From the NCBI RefSeq assembly GCF_009914755.1, contig NC_060948.1: a DNA stretch of 64,000 nt; one strand, 5' to 3'. How positions within the stretch are numbered: position 1 is the stretch's first letter; each line of letters opens with the position of its first letter. Positions 1-12,111 of the stretch are shown one piece after another. Source of the DNA: the human T2T-CHM13v2.0 reference genome, Homo sapiens. The notes under the pieces were generated by a model. That model was not told where the DNA came from. It did no database searches and worked only from the letters and a program-made list of their open reading frames with translations. A program made the position numbers and the translations under genes.

Positions 1-568
1 AATTTCTACTAGGCTTTCAAATTTATTGACATATAATAGCCAGTTATGATCCTTTGAATTTCTGAAGTATTAGTTGTAATGTCTCCTTTTTTTATCTGTT
101 GATTTTATTTATTTGAATCTTGTCTCTTTTTTCTTAGCCTGGTTAAAAGTTTGTCAATTTTGTTTTGCTTTCCAGAAAACCAACTTTTCGTTTAATCTTG
201 TGTGTTTTTTCTTTCAATTTTATTTCCGCTACGATCTTATTTATTTTCTTATTTTTGGTTTAGTTTGTTCTTACTTTACTAGTTCTTTAAGATGTATTGT
301 TTATTTGAAGTTTTTATTTTGTTTGGATGGTAGGCACTTATAGCTGTAAATCTCTGCCTTTGTACTGCTTTCTGCGTAACAAGTTTTGGTATACTGTGTT
401 TTCATTACCCTTTGTTTCATGAAATTTTTGAATTTCTGTCTTAGTATCTTCATTGACCCGCTAGTCATTTATTCAGGAGGGTAGTGTTTAACTTCCATGT
501 GATTGTATTGTTTCCAAAATTACTCTTCTTACTGATACCTAGTTTTATTCCTTTGTAGTCAAAGAAGA
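1..568 (-). mobile_element. Old LINE-1 fragment (ORF2 region), antisense
   Basis: T-rich text typical of antisense L1 ORF2 (tttgtcaattttgttt; ttttattcctttgtagtcaaagaagat); ends abruptly at a GC-rich block. Confidence 0.75.
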
Positions 569-569
569 T

Positions 570-1850
570 GGCCACGGAGACAGTAGCGTGGTCAGAGTGG
601 TAGGAGCCGGCCATTGGCGAGAGCTGCTCTGTGCCTGGCTGCTGGGTGCTAGAGCCTGTGGCCCACTGGCTTGCCTCACTGTGGTTGGTGGTGGCGGTGA
701 CAGAGACTGCAGCACGACCAGAGTGGTAGGACAGGGGCTATCCAGGGCTGTACCTTTCTCAGTGTGGGGTGGGTTGGGGGCGCTATCCAGGGTGTCATTG
801 CCTGCATTAGGGGTACTGGTTGGTAGCACTGTACAGGGCTGCACTGCCCACAGCAGGGAGGGTGGGTTATGGGCACTTTCTGGGGCTGCAATGCCCATGG
901 AGGAGGACAGGTTAGGGCACTATCGGGTATACGCTACTGGCGGCATTGGGGGACGGAGGTGGGGGGCGCTATTGAGGGTAGGACTAGCAGTGGAGGGCGG
1001 GCGAGTTCAGTGCTATCAGGGGCTGCACTTCTGGCGGCAGTCAGCAGAGTTGGCATCTAAGGAAGGAGTGGTTCTCCTCTCCCTGACTCCACACTCCAGA
1101 GGGCGACCCACTCTTGGTCATACTGGAGTGCGGCAGGCACGCAGCATTTGCGTGGGAATCCTGAGCACGGCAGAGCCCCCACACCCACCGTGGTTCCTGG
1201 GCCTGTGCACTCTGGGTCTGTGCCTCAGAGGCTGTCAGGCACCCCTGTGGACACCACGGGGGATGGGGCCCTGTGTGTGGAGGCGTCCGGAACAGGAATT
1301 GGCACCTGGGTGCGGAGGGTTGGTTGGGTCTGAATTTTTTTTACCTCTCCTGCTCCCCAAGGAGTGCAGCCCTGGTGGGCCCAATGGTTCCTGTGGAGTG
1401 GGGAGCTGGGTGCTGTGGTGTCTCCAGCACCCACCCCAGACCCCAGTTCCCGGCCAGCTTGGGCCAAAAGGAGGGGCTGGACTTTGGAGGGTGGGTGTGA
1501 GTGCCTTTGCTGAAACTGGCCCCTGCCACCCAGTGGCCGGCATGACAAGTTGAGGCTCTAACCCTTCCACCGCTCTCATCTTCCTCTAGGCTTTTCTGGC
1601 TTTGCCTGCCCAGCTACTCCATGCCAGGAGGAGGAGGAGACACCTAGTGCCTGCAACACCACGACTCGCCTCGCTGCGGGTGGGTGGCAGCGACGGAGAC
1701 TGCAGTGTGCCAGAGCGGTAGGAGAGTGGCCGTGCTAGGAGGGCAGGTGGCTGCAGCCAGGGTTGGGGGTCAGGCTTACAGCGATGGATGGGCTGCAGCA
1801 GTGGCCAGGTGGTAGGAGCCTTGTAGGGAGGGCTGATGCATTGGCAATGG
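570..1850. repeat. GC-rich leader with degenerate internal repeats (~45-bp units at ~735-1055; TAR1-like by resemblance only)
   Basis: About 7 units of GGGC(A/G)CTATC(A/C)GGGCTGCA...; motif GAGACTGCAG..CAGAG(T/C)GGTAGGA recurs at ~578, ~703, ~1696 and more loosely ~1793. Confidence 0.55.
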
Positions 1851-4800
1851 GCCTGGCTTTGCCCTGCCTTTCCCTGTAATATCCCTACTCTTACCTGGAC
1901 TGTCTCAGCCCTGTCCTGCTCTGGTCCCATCCTGACCCTGTCTTGGCCCTGTGCTACCCTGTCCCTGCCCTGATCTTGCCCTGGCACTGGCCCTGCCCTG
2001 AACCTGCACTGGCCTGACCTTGGCTCTGGCTCTGGCTCTGGCCCTGCCCCTTGTCCTGACCCTAGTCATGCCATGGCACTGGCCCTGCCAGTGGTCATGG
2101 TCCTACTCCTGTTCTGGCCCTGACCTGGCCTTGGACATGTCCTGGTCCTGCTTTGGCCCATCCCTGCCCTGGCCCCACCATGGGTCTGCCTGTTCTGTTC
2201 TCTCCTGGCACTGACCTTGCCCTGTCATGGCCCAGTGGTGCCATTGCCCTGCCTTACCCTGCACTGGTTGGGCCTTGGCCCTGCTTGGTGCCGGCCACTC
2301 CCTGGACCTGCCCAGACCCTGCCTCGACTTTTGCCCTGCCCTCAGTATGGCCTGGCCCTGGCCCTAGCCCTGGTCCTGCCATATCCCTCACCCTGCACTT
2401 ATCCAGGCCCTGCCCCTGCTGCTGCCCTGGCCCTGGCCTGGAACCTGGTCCTGTCAAGGACCTGCCCTGACTGTGCCATGGCCCTGGCCCTGCTCTGCCT
2501 TGTTCCTGGCCCTGACCCTTTCCTGGCTCTGCATTGGCCTTTCCCTGGCCCTGAGCTGGCAGTGGTCTGCCCCTGGTCTTGCCATCACCCTGCCCTGCTG
2601 TGCTCTGGATGTGTCATCACCCTGCCCTGGCCCTACTCTGCCTTTGACCCTGCCCTGGCCTTACCTTGGCCCTCACCCTAGTCTTCACTAGGCCCTGCTC
2701 TGGAGCTGGCCCTAGCACAGACCTGGCCCTGACCCTGGCCCTGGTCTTTGTCCTGCCATAGCCCTGGCCCTGAAGTGGACTTGGAGGTGTCCTGGCCCTG
2801 GTGTAACATGGCTCTGCATTGGCCTGTCCCTGCCCTGCCCCTACCATCGCCTTGCCCTGCTCTGCCCTGTCCCAGTACTGACCTGGCCATGCTATTTCCC
2901 TGCCCTACCCTGCCTTGGCTGTTCCCTGGCTCGGTTCTGGCCCTGGCCCCGACCCTTCCCCGGACATGCTCTGACACTGCCTCAGCCTTGGCACTAGCCT
3001 GGCTCTTTCTTGGCATCAGCCCTGATCTCTCTGTGGACCGGCTCTTGTCCTGTCCTGCACTGGCCATACCATGTCCTGCCCTGCCCTGCCCTGACTCAGC
3101 CCTGGCTCAGCCCTGTCCCAGCCTTGGCCTTGGCATTGCCCCTGGTCCTGCCATATTTCTTGCCCTGTCCCTACCCTGGCCTTGGCCCTAACTCTTACCT
3201 TGCTCTGGCCCTGCCCTTGCCCTAACACAGCCCCTGGCCCTGTCATGGCCCTGCCCTGGACCTGTCCTGGCCCTGGCCCTTCCCTGCTTGAGACCTTGCC
3301 CTGGTTCTCCCCTGGCCCTGACCCTGAAATGCCTGGCCCTACCCTGGCCTTGCACTGCTCTGGTCCTTGCCCTGACTCTGGTCCTGTCACTGGCCTAGCC
3401 CCAGCCCTGTTGCTGGTCTTACCATGGCCATGACCCTGCCTTGGCCCTGCCCTGACACTGTCCTGGACCCTGGCTGTGCCAAGATCCTGCACTGTCCTTG
3501 CCATTGTTTTTCTCGAGCCCCAAACCTGGTCCTGCCCAGGCCCTGGCCCGGGCCCTGCCCTGGCTGTTCCCTGGCCCTGTCCAGGTCTTGGAACTGGCCT
3601 GGCCCTGCCCTGCCTTGGCCCTATGCTTTCCTGGCCCTGCCTTGCCGGCCCTGGTCCTGCCTTGGCCCTAGCCTGGCTTTGACCCTGCCCTGGCCCTACC
3701 TTGGTCTTCACCCTAGCCTTTCCTGGGCACTGTGTTGGACCTGCCTATAGCACAGACCTAGTTGTGGCCCTGGCGCTGCCATGGCCCTGTCCCAGACCCT
3801 AGCCCTGCCAGGTACCTGCCCTGGCCCTGCTCTGGGCCTGGATTTGTCCCTGGTTCTTAGATGAACCTGGCCCTGCCCCTGCCCTTGTCCTTGCCCAGGC
3901 ACTGGCCTTGGACATGTCCGTGGTCCTAACCCTGGCCCTGCCCTGGAGCTGCCACTGTCTTGGCCCTGCCCTGGCTCTGGCCCTTGCCCTGCCCCGGCCC
4001 CAGCCAAAGGCTGGCCCTGGTTGGTCGTGCCCTACCTTAACCCTGTGCTACCCTGGGCCTGCTCCACCCTGCCCTTGCTCTACCCTTCCTTTGGCCCTGC
4101 CCTGACCCCACCTTGGCCCTCACACTGGCCCTAGCACAGACCTGGTCCTATCTGTGGCCTTGGCCTGGCATTGACCCCTCCTCCTGACCCTGGTCCTGCC
4201 ATGGCCCTGGCCCTGTCAATGACCCTGACAGCGCTGGCCCTGGCTCTGTCTAGGTCCTGGCCCTGAACTGGCCCTGCCCTGACCCTGGCCCTGAAGTGGA
4301 TTTGCAGGTGTCTTGTCCCTGATTTAACCTGGCCCTACCATGGCCCTATCCTGACCCTGTCCTGGCCCTAATGTGGCCTGGCTCTACCCTGGCATGCTAT
4401 TCTGGCCCTAGCCCTGATTCTGTCCCTGTCCCTGTCCTGGCCCTAGCCTGGTTGCTGGTCCTGCCATGACTCTTATCCTGACATTGCCCTTTCCTGGTCC
4501 TGGCTCTGGCCCTGTCCCAGCCCTGCTCTGGCTGTAGTCTGAACTCTGGCCCTGCAATGGACCTGCCTTGATCCTGCCCAGACCCTGGCTCTGGCCCTAC
4601 CTCTGCCCTGGCCATACCTTTGCCCTGGCCTGGACCCTGGTCCTGGTCCTCGTCCTGCCCCAGCTGTGGCCCTGGCCCTGCCCTGCCTGTGCCCTGTTCT
4701 ATCTTGGGCTGGCCCTGCCATGGCCTGGTCTTGCCATTGCCCTGCCCTAGCCTGCCCAGCTTGTGCCCTAGATCTGCCCTGGCCTTTGCCCCATCTTTGT

Positions 4801-5205
4801 TGCAGCCTTGACACAGCCCTGGACCTTCCCTGACCTTGCCTCAGCCCTGGCATTACCTTGGCCTTGCCTTGGCATTTGCCCTACTCTCTCTATGGCCTGG
4901 CTCTGATCCTGCCCTGCTCTGCTCTTGTTCTGTCCTGGCACAGCCCTGGCCCTGGCCCTGGCCCTGCCGTATCACTGGCTCTGGTCCTGCCCTTATGCAG
5001 GCCTGACCCTGCCCCTGCCTTGGCTTTGGCCTGGACCTTGGCCATACAGTGACCCTGCCATGACCCTTTCCTGGCCCTGGCCTGGAACCTTGCCCTGCCA
5101 AGGACTTGCCCTGGCTCTGTCATGGCCCTGGCCCTTTCCTGGATTTGGATGTGTCCTGTCCCTTATTTGCCCTGGCCCTTCCCTGGCTCTGCCATACCTC
5201 TTCTC
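1850..5205 (-). repeat. CAGGG repeat array block 1 (CCCTG/GGCCCT on + strand)
   Basis: Continuous degenerate CCCTG/CCCTGG units; G-rich strand is minus. Confidence 0.92.
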
Positions 5206-5905
5206 TGGGGTAGGGCCAGGGTCAGGACCAGGGTAGGGCCATGGTAAGGCCTGAAGATGGGAAAGGGCAAGGGCAGTGGTAGAACCAGGAAAGGGTCAGG
5301 GCCAGGATGTGGTCGGACTAGGGGCAGAGCCTGCACTAGGGCTGAGCCAGGACAGAGCAGGAGAGATTACATAAGGCTATTACGTAAAATTTTTATTTCA
5401 TATTTTTAAGATAACTATAGTAGTGGTAATAATGTCTATACTATGCTGTTTGCAATAGTAATAATATTTACAGTAAATAATCACTAAATTTTAACTAATA
5501 CTATATCTGCTTCCAGTAATGTTCTATGAGTATAATTTTATCAATATGTAAATATGTGAGGCATTGATTCTCACAATAATTCTATGTGCTAGGTACTTAA
5601 AGCATCCCCATTTTCCAAATGTAGGAAACAGGCATAAAGAAGTTAAATACTTGGTCAGATTACTCCTGTAATTCCAGCACTTTGGGAGGCCAAGGCAGGC
5701 AGATGGCTTGAGCTCAGGAGTTTGGAACCAGCCTGGGCAACATTGTGAAACCCCATCTCTACTAAAAGTGCACAAAAATAGCTGATTTAAGTTTCTTGTA
5801 GGATTCTGGTTATAAAACACTGGTCAAACACACAGGACATGGATAGGGCAGGACCAGGGACAAGGTCAGGTGAGGAAGGGGCCAGGGCCAAGGCAGGGCG
5901 AGAGC
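5206..5905 (+). repeat. Inverted CAGGG segments (5206-5362, 5832-5905) flanking an AT-rich insert with MIR and Alu-monomer fragments
   Basis: Polarity flips to CAGGG on + at ~5206 and back at ~5905; MIR-like ~5560-5660; Alu left arm ~5662-5780. Confidence 0.8.
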
Positions 5906-7515
5906 TGGACTTGGAGGTTTCCTGGTCTGATTTGCCCTGCCCCTACATTGGCCCAGCCCTGCTCTGGCACTTCCTGTCACGCCCTGTCCCTGGCCTGAGA
6001 ATTGGCCCTGGCCTGTCCTACTTCTGGCCCTGCCCCGGAGTTGACCAGGCACTGCCATGGCCCAGTCATTCATTACCCTGCCCTCCTCTGCCCTGGTGCT
6101 GCCATGGCCCTTCTTGGGCCCTAGCTCTGCCTCGACTCTGGACCCGCCCTGATTGTGCTCAGCCCTGAATCTACCCTGACTCTGCCTTGGTGATGCCCTC
6201 CCATCTCTGTGGCCTGGCTCTGGCCTGCCTTGCACAGGCCATGCTCTGCCCTGCATGTCCCATCCTGGGCCCAGCCCTTGCCCTACCATATTCCTGACCC
6301 CAGCCATAACCTTGTTCTTGCCTTGACCCTGCTGTGGCACTCTCCTGGTCCTTCCTTGGTCTTGCCCTGCCCTTCCATGCCCTGGCCTGGCCCTCACCCT
6401 GCACTGGTCCTGCCCTGCCCTGCCAGTGCCTTGGCCCCGGCCCTGCCTTCTCCCTGGCCTTGCCCTTTCCCTGCCCTTGCCTGACCCCAGGCCTATCAAG
6501 TCCATGAAACGACCTTGGACCTGCCTTGCCATCATCTGTCCTGGCCCTGTATTGTCCCCACCATGCTCCGGTCCAGCACTTACCCTGGCCCTGTTGCTAG
6601 TCCTGCCACTGCTATGGCCCTGCCCTGTTTTTGGCCATGCCCTGTGCTACCCTAGCATTGCCCTGCCTTGGCCTTGGCCCTACCATGGCCTTTTCCTACC
6701 CTGGCCTGGCTGTACACTGGCCTTTTCTACCCTGGCCTTGCCCTTCACTGGTCTTGCCCTGCCCTGGCCTTGGCTTTGCCTTATCCTGGTCCTGCCCTGG
6801 CCCTGCTCCTTCTCTGGATCTTCTCTGGTTCTGCCTTCTCCCTGGCCCTGCCCTTGTTCTGGCACTGTCCCTGACTCAGCCTTGACCCTGGCCCTGGCCC
6901 TGACAATCCCCAGGCCCCACACTGGCCATGCTTGGCCCTGGCCCCTCCTTTGGCCCTGCCCTGGCCCTGAACTCACCCTGGCCCTAACCTCACCCTACAC
7001 TGTCCCTGCCCTACCCTGGTGTTGCCCTGCCCTGGACTTGCCTTTGGCCTTCCCTGGCTCTGGTTCTGCCCTGGCCTTGCCCTTGCCCTGAACCCTCCCT
7101 GGCAATGTTTTTACCATGGTCTTTCTCTGGCCTTGCCCTTGCCCTGTCCCCTTTCTGGTCCTGCCATGTTTCTGGCCCTTCCCTGTCCATGTCCTGGACC
7201 TGACTCTGGCCCTTGACCTCCCTGTCCCTGCCCTGCCATACCCTGGCCCGTTCCTTGCTCTACACTAACCCTGCCCTGCCTTGGCCCTGTGCTACCCTAG
7301 CCCTGCCCTGTCCTTCTGCTGGCCCTGATCCTGCCTTGGCCCTGGCCCTGCCATGTCCCTGCCCTGGCCCTGGTTCTGCCCTACTTCTGGCTCTGGCCTT
7401 GGTCCTCTCATGTCCCTGGCTGTGACTCTGCCCCTAGTTTTTCTCTGTCCATGACCCTGCCCCGGTTCTGTCCTATCCCTGGCCCTGTCTCAGTTCTGTC
7501 CTAGCTCTGGCCTTT
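5906..7515 (-). repeat. CAGGG repeat array block 2
   Basis: CCCTG/CCCTGG degenerate tandem units on + strand. Confidence 0.92.
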
Positions 7516-7944
7516 CACAGTACTTTATGCTTAGTAAGGGCTCCATAGTGTCTGTGAGTTGAATGTTGTGTTCATAGTATCTGCCAAAACAGAAAGAAAA
7601 AAAACAAAATCTGATGATGAGAAGTTAAAGCTTTGTATATAATATGCCTTGAATTGTAAGTGCTTGTTATTAGTTGTATTACATATAGGTCATGGTTTTG
7701 TACACGTAACTCCAAACCATTGATACAGTTAAAAGAATATATGAATATATGAAAGAATGCATAAACGTAAGAATGTATGAGTATCTAATGACCTCTCCAA
7801 ATTAATTTTTATTTTTAGCTCTATTAGATTTTTCTCAGTGTAACAAATGTTTATTCCTATGTAATTAAGGGCATATTTCCTGTACAGAATATTCATATTA
7901 CTTAATTGAAAATTATATAATGCAAAAATATAATACTATTTTTA

Positions 7945-8370
7945 GGCCAGGCATGGTGGCTCATACCTGTAATCCCAACATTTTGAGAGGCCAAGTTTGA
8001 AGAATCATTTGAGTCCAGGAGTTGACCAGCCTGGGCAACATAGTGAGACCTTTTCTTTATTAAATACATAAATAAATAAATAGGTTGGGCACTGTGGCTC
8101 ATATCTGTAATCCCAGCATTTTGGGTTGCCAAGGCAGGAGGATTGCTTGAACCCAGGAGTTTGAGACCAGCCTAGGCAGCATACCAAGACTCCATCTCTA
8201 CAAATAATAAAATATTAACCAGGTGTGGTGGTGCACACCTGGAGTCTCAGATACCTGGGAGGATAAGGTGGGAGGTTTCCTCGAGGTTGCAGTGAACTGT
8301 GAATGCACCACTACATTCCAGCCTAGGCCACAGAACAGGACCTTGTCTATAAATAAATAAGTAAAAATAT
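7945..8370 (+). mobile_element. FLAM-like Alu monomer followed by AluJ-like element
   Basis: ggccaggcatggtggctcatacctgtaatccc... then ggttgggcactgtggctcatatctgtaatcccagc... with A-rich tails. Confidence 0.85.
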
Positions 8371-8487
8371 AATTAAAAACAAGTAAAAAGAAATATAAGT
8401 AAATATAAATATAAATACATATAAGTATAAAAATGAATACATGAAAACAAACAATTTTTAAATTTAACATCACTGAGGGCATCCTAT

Positions 8488-10279
8488 CCATTTCATTTCA
8501 TGATTCCATTACATCATTTCACTTAGATGAAATGATAAGATGACTTGAGATGAGATGAAATGATGAGATGAAATGATGAGATGAAATTTTGAGATGAAAT
8601 GGTGAGTAGAAATGATGAGATGAAATGAGACAAAATGACAAAATTGAAAAGAAATTGAAAGGAGATGAAATGAGATGATGGATGAAATGATGAGATGAAA
8701 CGAGATGAAATGATGAGAAGAAATGATGAGATGAAATGAAATGAAATAATGAAATGAAATGATATGAAATAATGAAATTGAAATGAGATGAGATGAGATG
8801 ATATAATGAGATAAAATGATGAAATGAAATGAGATGAACAATAAGATGAAATGATGAAATAAGATGAGATGATAACATGAAATGATGAGATGAAATGAGA
8901 TGAAAAATGATGAGAAGAAAAATGAGATGAAATGAGATGAAATAATGAAATGAGATGAAATGAAATGAAATAATGAAAGGAAATTATGAAATGTAATGAT
9001 GAAATTGAAATGAGATGAGATGAAATGAGATGAAATGATGAGATGAGATGAAATGATGAGATGAAATGAGATGAAATGATGAGATGAAATGAAATGAGAT
9101 GAAATGAGATGTAATGAAATGAGATGAAATGATATGACATAATGAAATGCAATAATGAAACGAGATGAAATGAAATAATGAAATGATGAAATGAAATGAT
9201 GAAATAATGAAATGGCAATGATGAGATGAGAAGAAATGATGAGATGAAATGATGAGATGAGATGAAATGAGATTAAATGATGAGATTAAATGATGAGATG
9301 AGTTGTGATGAAATGAGATGAAATGATGACATGATATGATGATATGAAATCAGATGAAATAATGAGATGAAATGAGATGAAATGACGAGATGAGTTGAAA
9401 TGAGATGAGATGAAATGTGATGAGATGAAATGACATAATGAAATGAAATAATGAAATGATGAAATGGAATAATGAAATGCAAATGATGAGATGAGATGCA
9501 ATGAGTTGAGATGATGAGATGAAATGATGAGATGAAAAGATGAGATGAGACGAGATGTGATGAAATGATGACATGAAATGACATAAAATGAGATTAAATA
9601 AGATGTAATGATGAAATGAGATGAGAAGAAATGAGTTGAAATGATGAGATGAGATGAAATGAAATGGTGAGATAAAATTATGATATGAAATGATGATATG
9701 AATGATGAGATGAAATGATGAGATAAAATGAGATGATGAGATGAAATGATGAGATGAAATGAAATGAAATGAAATAATGAAACAATGAGATGAAGTGAAA
9801 TGAAATGAAACAAATAAAATTGAAATGAGATGAGATGAAATGATAAGATGAAATGATGAAATGAAATGATGAGATGTGATGAGATGAAATGATGAGATGA
9901 CATGACATGAAATAATGAAATGAAATTGAAATGAGATGAGAAGTTACGAGATGAGATGAAATGATGAGATGAAATGATGAAATGATGAGATAAGAAGAAA
10001 TGAGTTGATGAGATGATGAGATGAAATGATGAGATGAAAGAGGACATGAAATGATGAGAAGAAATGAAACAAAATGATGAGATGAAATGAAATTAGATGA
10101 AATGTAATGAGATGAAATGAAATGACATAATGAAATGAAAAAATGAAATGAAATAATGGAATGAGGTGAAATTAAATGATGAAATGATGAAATGGAAATG
10201 AAATGGAAATGATGAGATGAGATGAAATGACGAGATGAATGATGAGATGAAATGAGATGAAATGATGAGATGCAATGAT
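8488..10279. repeat. (GATGA/GAAAT)n simple-sequence array, ~1.8 kb
   Basis: Degenerate GATGAGATGAAAT units; first ~35 bp are in the opposite polarity (tccatttcatttcatgattccatt). Confidence 0.92.
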
Positions 10280-10463
10280 GCCTCAGCCTCCCGAGTAGCT
10301 GGGATTACAGGCACCTGCCACCATGCCCAGCTAATTTTTGTATTTTTAGTAATGACGTTTCACCATGTTGGCCAGGCTGGTCTCGAAATCCTGACCTCAG
10401 GTTATGCGCCCACCTTGGCCTCCCAAAGTGTTGAGATTACAGGCATGGCAGCTGCGCCCGGCC
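10280..10463 (-). mobile_element. AluS-type element truncated by the GATGA array
   Basis: cctcagcctcccgagtagctgggattacagg...gcgcccggcc; 3' end and poly-A missing. Confidence 0.88.
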
Positions 10464-11049
10464 AACTTTCAGTCTCAAGTACCATTTTTTGCTGCTGTTT
10501 CTTTTTTTGAACCCCAGGAAAACATTAACTCATTTAATCCCCTATTCAAACTGCTACAATTTTATTTTCAGTGTTGTCGCCTGGTTGTAGATGCATTTGT
10601 CTCTTCAAATGCACTGTGATTTTTTCGAAGACAAAACATTTTTTGGCATTGTGAGATATATATATATATATATACATATATTATAAATATTTATATTTTA
10701 TATATCATATAAAAATTATATGTAAAAATTATATATATATATAAATGTCACTTATCCCTAATATAGGGACTCGATTAGTTTCTGCTAGTGTGGAGACAAG
10801 TCATATCATGGCTAGGGGCCATGATGGTAGGAGTACTCAGAGGATTTCTTGCATTGTGATGAGTGCATATAAGTTAAATGAGCCACTTATCAGTAGATTT
10901 GATAGCAGAATAACAGTTATATCACTGATACCTAGGCAGTACATGACACTCGGTAAAGAATAGATTAATCCTCATGCTCTTCATCTTCCTCCTAATCTCT
11001 TTACCTATGCTGCCCTCCAGCTTTCAAAGTGCTCTGAGTCATCACTTAC

Positions 11050-11452
11050 ACAGTGTTCCTTAGCTGTCCCTTCAGTGGGCCAGTGTTTCTGTGCCCAGTG
11101 TTCCTGAGAGTTAGAACACAGAAAACAGAGCAGGCTCTTGCCCACATCACAGAACATCTTTGTCTCCCTGTGGATCCCGCACATTTGTTCATTAGAGCTC
11201 AGGAATTGCCAGAGACTGGCTTTTCTGGCAATGGACACTAGATTCTTCCAAAGAATATTGGTTGAAATCTTCCTGCTGTGACAGTTCCCTGCATGCAGGG
11301 CAGGAGTGTGTGCTTCTTCCCAGCAAAGGCAGAGGCAGGGCCTACAGAAACTGTGCCCGCAGCCTATAGTGATGGGGTCTATGAGGTAATTCAGGCAGAT
11401 GAGGCAGGTGAGTTCTTTCTGGAAGGCTTGTGGGAAGTCTAAGTCCATTTTT
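11050..11452 (-). pseudogene. TRIM43-like (TRIM43/48/49/64 family) unprocessed pseudogene fragment: first coding exon, RING + B-box
   Basis: [45 protein letters not shown]...[44 protein letters not shown]; acceptor cag|AAAAATG at 11452; donor GTAAGT after 11050; frameshifts remove the last RING CxxC; no downstream exons found. Confidence 0.9.
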
Positions 11453-11652
11453 CTGAGGGAAGAAAACCAGAAGAATTTATTCTTATGCCATAGACAGACA
11501 AAGATCTACATAAAGTTTGAATCAGGTTTTGAGTAGGATCTGCTCACAGGTTTAAATCTATAGCAGGATATGACTTTATTTTGCACATAACAAAATGAAA
11601 AACTGAGGCACAGAATTCAAGCTTTGCAGAAAAATATGTTGGCTCCCTAACC

Positions 11653-11653
11653 A

Positions 11654-11681
<28 letters not shown>
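11653..11681. repeat. (CA)n microsatellite
   Basis: ~14 CA units. Confidence 0.9.
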
Positions 11682-11684
<3 letters not shown>

Positions 11685-11723
11685 CTTTCCCAAATTCTTT
11701 CCCCCTGTATGAAAAAACCTTAA

Positions 11724-12110
11724 GGCTGGGCACAGTGGCTCATGCTTGTAATCCAGCATTTTGGGAGGCTGAGGCAGCAGGATTGCTTGATCCAAGGAAT
11801 CCAAGACCAGCCTGGGCAACATGATGAGACCCTGTCTCTACAAAAAGAAAAGGAGGAAAAAATTAGCTGAGCATGCCAATAGTCCCAGCTACTAGGGAGG
11901 CTGAGGTGAGAGGATTGCTTGAGCCCAGGAGGTCAAGGCAGCAGTGAGCCGTAATCCAGCCACTACACTCTAGCCTGAATGACAGACCAAGACTCTCTCA
12001 AAAATGAACAAAGAAAGAAAAGAAAGAAAGAGAGGAGAGGGAGGGAAGAAAGAAGGAAGGAAGGAAGGAAGGAAGGAAGGAAGGAAGGGAGGGAGAAAAG
12101 GAAGGAAGGA
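11724..12110 (+). mobile_element. AluJ with GA/GGAA-rich expanded tail
   Basis: AluJ-type text (gcccaggaggtcaaggcagcagtgagc); (GAAG)9 at 12052-12087. Confidence 0.85.
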
Positions 12111-12111
12111 A

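Noticed and set aside
735-1055. CRISPR-like repeat-spacer pattern
   Set aside because: Units are degenerate along their whole length, there are no cas genes, and the context is human
588-1553. 321-aa ORF
   Set aside because: GTG start, no recognisable domain; high GC content and internal repeats explain the lack of stops
1586-7425. Many Pro/Ala/Leu/Trp/Cys- or Gly/Gln/Arg-rich ORFs on both strands
   Set aside because: Translations of the CAGGG repeat, overlapping in all frames
8509-10314. Phe/His/Ile/Ser-rich ORFs up to 253 aa
   Set aside because: Stop-poor reverse strand of the GATGA/GAAAT repeat
12052-12087. (GGAA)n as an ETS-fusion-responsive enhancer
   Set aside because: Only ~9 units in an Alu tail; common and unsupported by other evidence
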